From Cyanophora paradoxa CCMP329 (lineage: Eukaryota; Plantae; Glaucophyta), in NCBI GenBank assembly GCA_004431415.1, contig QPMI01000599.1, forward strand, positions 220,859-284,858: a stretch of DNA of 64,000 nt, in the 5' to 3' direction. The notes beneath the pieces are model-generated. The model was given only the letters and a program-made list of their open reading frames with translations. It searched no databases and was not told where the DNA came from. A program made the position numbers and the translations under genes. Numbering within the stretch: position 1 is the first letter of the stretch; the number at the start of each line of letters is the position of its first letter. Positions 60,757 through 64,000 of this stretch are shown one piece after another.

Positions 60757-62660
60757 TTATCCCCGCGCGGGCCCTGGGAGGAGGCGGGCAGAGGGAAGGG
60801 AGCTCGCCGCGGCGGCCCGTGCGGCCGCCTCGGCGGCCTCGTCGCCCTCCAGCGCGCCGACCAGCGAGAGCCGCACCTGCGCGCGCCGCCTCGCTCGGGC
60901 AGGCCGCCCCTGGGGGGGGGGGGGGGGGGGGGGCGGCTGGCAGAGGGCAGGCACCTGGAGGGGCTCGAGGGAGCAGGCGGCGAAGGCGGAGAGCGAGGCC
61001 AGGCGGCCGCCGGCCAGGTCCTCGGGCCCACGGGACGCAGAGGCGCAGGCGGCGGGGCGGGGCGGCGGCGAGGGCGGCGGCGAGCGCCGCGGGGCCGCCC
61101 GAGGCGGGGTCGAGGTCGAGCCACGTCTCCAGCGCCAGGCGCCCGCCGGCGGCCGCCCTCGCGAGCCCGCCACCGCCGCCACCGCCCCCGGCGTCGACGG
61201 CTGCGAGTCTGCGGGGGATCGCGGTCGGCGCGCGGCACGGCACGGGCGACCGCGGGTCGGGGCGGCCGGCGCACTGAAGTACAGGTCGAGAACGAGCTTG
61301 GGGGACCGCTCGAGGGCCGCCCGCAGGCCCGCGAGCTGCTCCGCGAAGCGCAGGGGCGCCCCCTCGTCGCCGTCGGGGTACAGGTGCGGCGTACCGAGGC
61401 TCCGGAGGGCGGGGCAGGCGCCGAGGCACGCCACGTCGTCCGCCGAGACGGCGAAGTCGACCTGCTGGCGGGGTCGGATCCCGGGGTACGGCGAGCTGGG
61501 AGGAGGGCGGGGGGGGCGGACCATGAAGTACCCGTGGATCCTCTCGAGGGCGACGAGGCGGGGCAGGGCGCGGAGGGCGCCGGCGGTCAGGTCCGAGCTG
61601 AAGTGCAGCCTGCGGCGGGGCGTCGGGGCTCGCTCAGCGGGGGCCGGCGCCCCGGGGGGGACGGGGCCTCCGGGGGCGCACTCGCGCAGGGAGCGGGCGG
61701 CGGGCCCGGCGGCGAGGCCCGAGACCAGCGGCGCCGGGTCTTGCGGCCCGCACTTCACCTCCAGGCGCTCCAGCGCCGGCAGCGACGCCAGCGGCGCCGC
61801 GTCCCCGTACCCCCGCAGGAACAGCGAGGCCTGCCGGCGCCGAGAGAGCGGGCCTTCAGGAGGCGCGGAGGGCAGCGGCGGGCGGGCGGGCGGGCGGGCG
61901 GGCGGACCCGCTTGAGGCGTGGGAGGCAGCGGGCGATGGCGGACGAGGCCGCGGCGTCGGCGGTGCAGCAGTCGGGGAGGGCCAGGCTCTCCAGGTTGGG
62001 GAAGCCCCGCAGCTGCTCCCCAAGCCCCGCCGGCAGGCCGAAGCAGTCGAACGAGTAGTCGCCGCCGATGGCGAGGCTGCGGAGGAGCGCGCGGCCGGCC
62101 GCCGGGGCGCCGCTGGGCGGCGAGAGGGCGCCGAGGAGGTCGCCCGTGCAGGCGCTGCGCGAGCGGCGGCAGTCCACCTCGACGCTGCTGAGGCCGCCGC
62201 TGGCCGCCACGCACGCCGACACGAGGGCGAGCGCCGCCGCCCACGGGGTCCTTGCGATTGGCCGCTCCCAGCTCGATCCGAATTCGAAGCCGTAGCATTC
62301 GAATTCGTAGCTGCCGTACGTGCGGCCGCCGGCCGCGGCCGCCTCCTTCACGGCGGCGCGAAACGACGCGCCGGCCGCGACGCGGATCCATCGGCGGCAC
62401 GCGGAGGGATCGCCTGCTGAGCCCGCGGTGCGAGCGGTCTGCTCGCCCGGCTGGCGCAGAAGGCTAGCGAGCTGATCCGCGCGCTCGGGGCTCGAGCATG
62501 CGACATCCACGCGGCTCCAGACAACGGCCTCAATCGTCTCGCGGAAACGCCGGCACGCTCCGCGCGCTGCGGCGGCATTTTGCAAACCGAGGTGCTCGAG
62601 GACGAGCGAAAGGACGCCGTCGGGCAGCGTGTCAAACGCGCTTGGCGCCGGCACCTCCAT
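60757..62660 (-). CDS. F-box plus LRR protein
   Basis: N-terminal FDTLPDGVLSLVLEHLGLQNAAAARGACRRFR is an F-box. Downstream FPNLESLALP, LPALERLEV, CPALRSLG are LRR-type. TAA at 60757-60759. Confidence 0.82.
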
Positions 62661-62765
62661 CCCGCACGCCTCGCTCACCGCTGGAGCTCTTCTTGGCGTC
62701 CAGGACTGAAGCTGCCTGTCCCCCTCTACCGAAACTTCCCCCCTCAGGCTCGCCTCGCCAAAGCA

Positions 62766-64000
62766 ATGCAGCCGGCCTTCGCGGGGCTGTTTCCCTGCGC
62801 ACCATCAACGTCGCGTCCCGCCCGTCCAGGTGCGCTCTTCCGCGCGCGCCCGTGGGCGCGGATCCAGACACTGCCACGCAGGCGCGCCCGGTGCAAGGGA
62901 TGGCGCTGCATGCACGCTCGGGGCCGGCCGCGACGCGGTGCGGCCAGCGGCCAGCTGCAGGCCTGCGAGAACCTTCCACACGCGGCCCCAGCTGCAGCTG
63001 CAGCGCCCGCGGCCGGAGCAAGCGTCGACCTGCTGGTGCTCTGCCGGGGCCTCGGCGCCGGCGCCGCCTCCCAGCGGGCGCTCAAAGCCAGCGCGGCCCG
63101 TCCCGCCTGCGGAAGTCACTGAAGCGATGCGGACCGCGCGCTCGGAGGGCGTTCCGGAGCGCGCCATCGAGGAGTACGACAGGGCTAAGCTGAAGGGGAC
63201 GCGCCCCGACACCGGCATGTGCTTGGAGGTGCGCCCGCGCGCCCGCGCGCCGGCGCCGCCGCCTGACACAGCGCGCGGGGCGCAGGCCCTGGCGGCGTGC
63301 GCGGACCTCGGCAACATGGAGTTCGCCTATCGGGTCTGGGACGACGTCTCGGTGCGCCCCCTTCGACGCGCGCGCGCCCCGCCTGCGTCAGGCCCGACCC
63401 GCTCCGACCAGGTCCCCACGACGGCCCTCTACAACGCGCTCATGCTCTGCTGCGCGAGGGTGCGCGGGACGCCCCCGCGCGCGCCGGCAGCCCGCGTGCC
63501 GCGGGGGCCGAGCGGCCGCGCGGCAGAGCGCGTGCGTGGCGGGGGCGTACGAGGTGATGCGCGAGATGGAGGAGCTGGGGGTACAGGCCGACGTCGGCTC
63601 CTTCAACGTCCTCCTGGGAGCCGCCTTCGACGCCGGGCAGGCCCAGGAGGCCGCCGACACCTTCGAGGGGCTTCTCGAGGCCGGGGTACGCTGCTACCCT
63701 TCCGCGGCGCGCCGTACCCCCGCTGGAGGGGCGCCGCAGCTCCTTCCCGACGCCGAGACGGTCGCGATCGTCCTCGACGCCCTGTCCGAGCTCCAGGCAC
63801 GCGTACCCCCCTTCCCGCACCCCTCTCTCTCGCCCTTCCTTGAGCGACGTACCCCCAGTCGGAGGGGGCGGCGCCGGAGGCAGCGCGCTCCCTTCTCGCT
63901 TCGCTGCGCGAGGTGCCCCCCGCCCCCCGGCGCTGCCGCCGCGCGTGCGCGCTGGGGCGAGGCGGGGATACGGGGCCAGGCGGGGGCGGAGGTGGGCGGG
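62766..64000 (+). CDS. Pentatricopeptide repeat (PPR) protein, probably organelle-targeted; runs off the right edge
   Basis: ALAACADLGNMEFAYRVWDD, PTTALYNALMLCCAR, AYEVMREMEELGVQADVGSFNVLLGA are PPR motifs. The N-terminus MQPAFAG..STSRPARP is transit-peptide-like. Confidence 0.85.

Noticed and set aside
1-64000. Long Arg/Pro/Gly/Ala-rich ORFs in the supplied track (e.g. 38135-40543, 42574-44673, 35150-36826)
   Set aside because: Stops are rare at this GC content. These ORFs read through introns or lie antisense to recognisable genes.

Overview
Very GC-rich, intron-dense eukaryotic nuclear DNA. Introns are short, with CTGAC-type branch points and many GC-AG splice sites. The style resembles a glaucophyte such as Cyanophora; this is inference only. 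Almost all ORFs in the supplied track are GC-rich artefacts, so genes were rebuilt by hand across introns: an HMG-box factor, AP-2 alpha-adaptin, a giant Cys-less pentameric ligand-gated ion channel with N-terminal Ig-like repeats, an NHL-repeat protein, an LRR+ankyrin protein, a coiled-coil protein, a DeSI/PPPDE peptidase, a CRYZL1-like oxidoreductase, a broken ethanolamine kinase, an F-box/LRR protein and a PPR protein. Repeats include a TA-flanked TIR transposon carrying a 149-bp array, a tRNA-like SINE with a 9-bp target-site duplication (TSD), and a composite gene-fragment repeat. The most striking signal is a recurrent mutation type, seen by aligning paralogous copies inside the window: a trinucleotide X becomes X-revcomp(X)-X, which inserts a 6-bp palindrome. 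It recurs and nests, appears to build the palindromic microsatellites of the intergenic DNA, and appears to have put a stop codon in a kinase exon.
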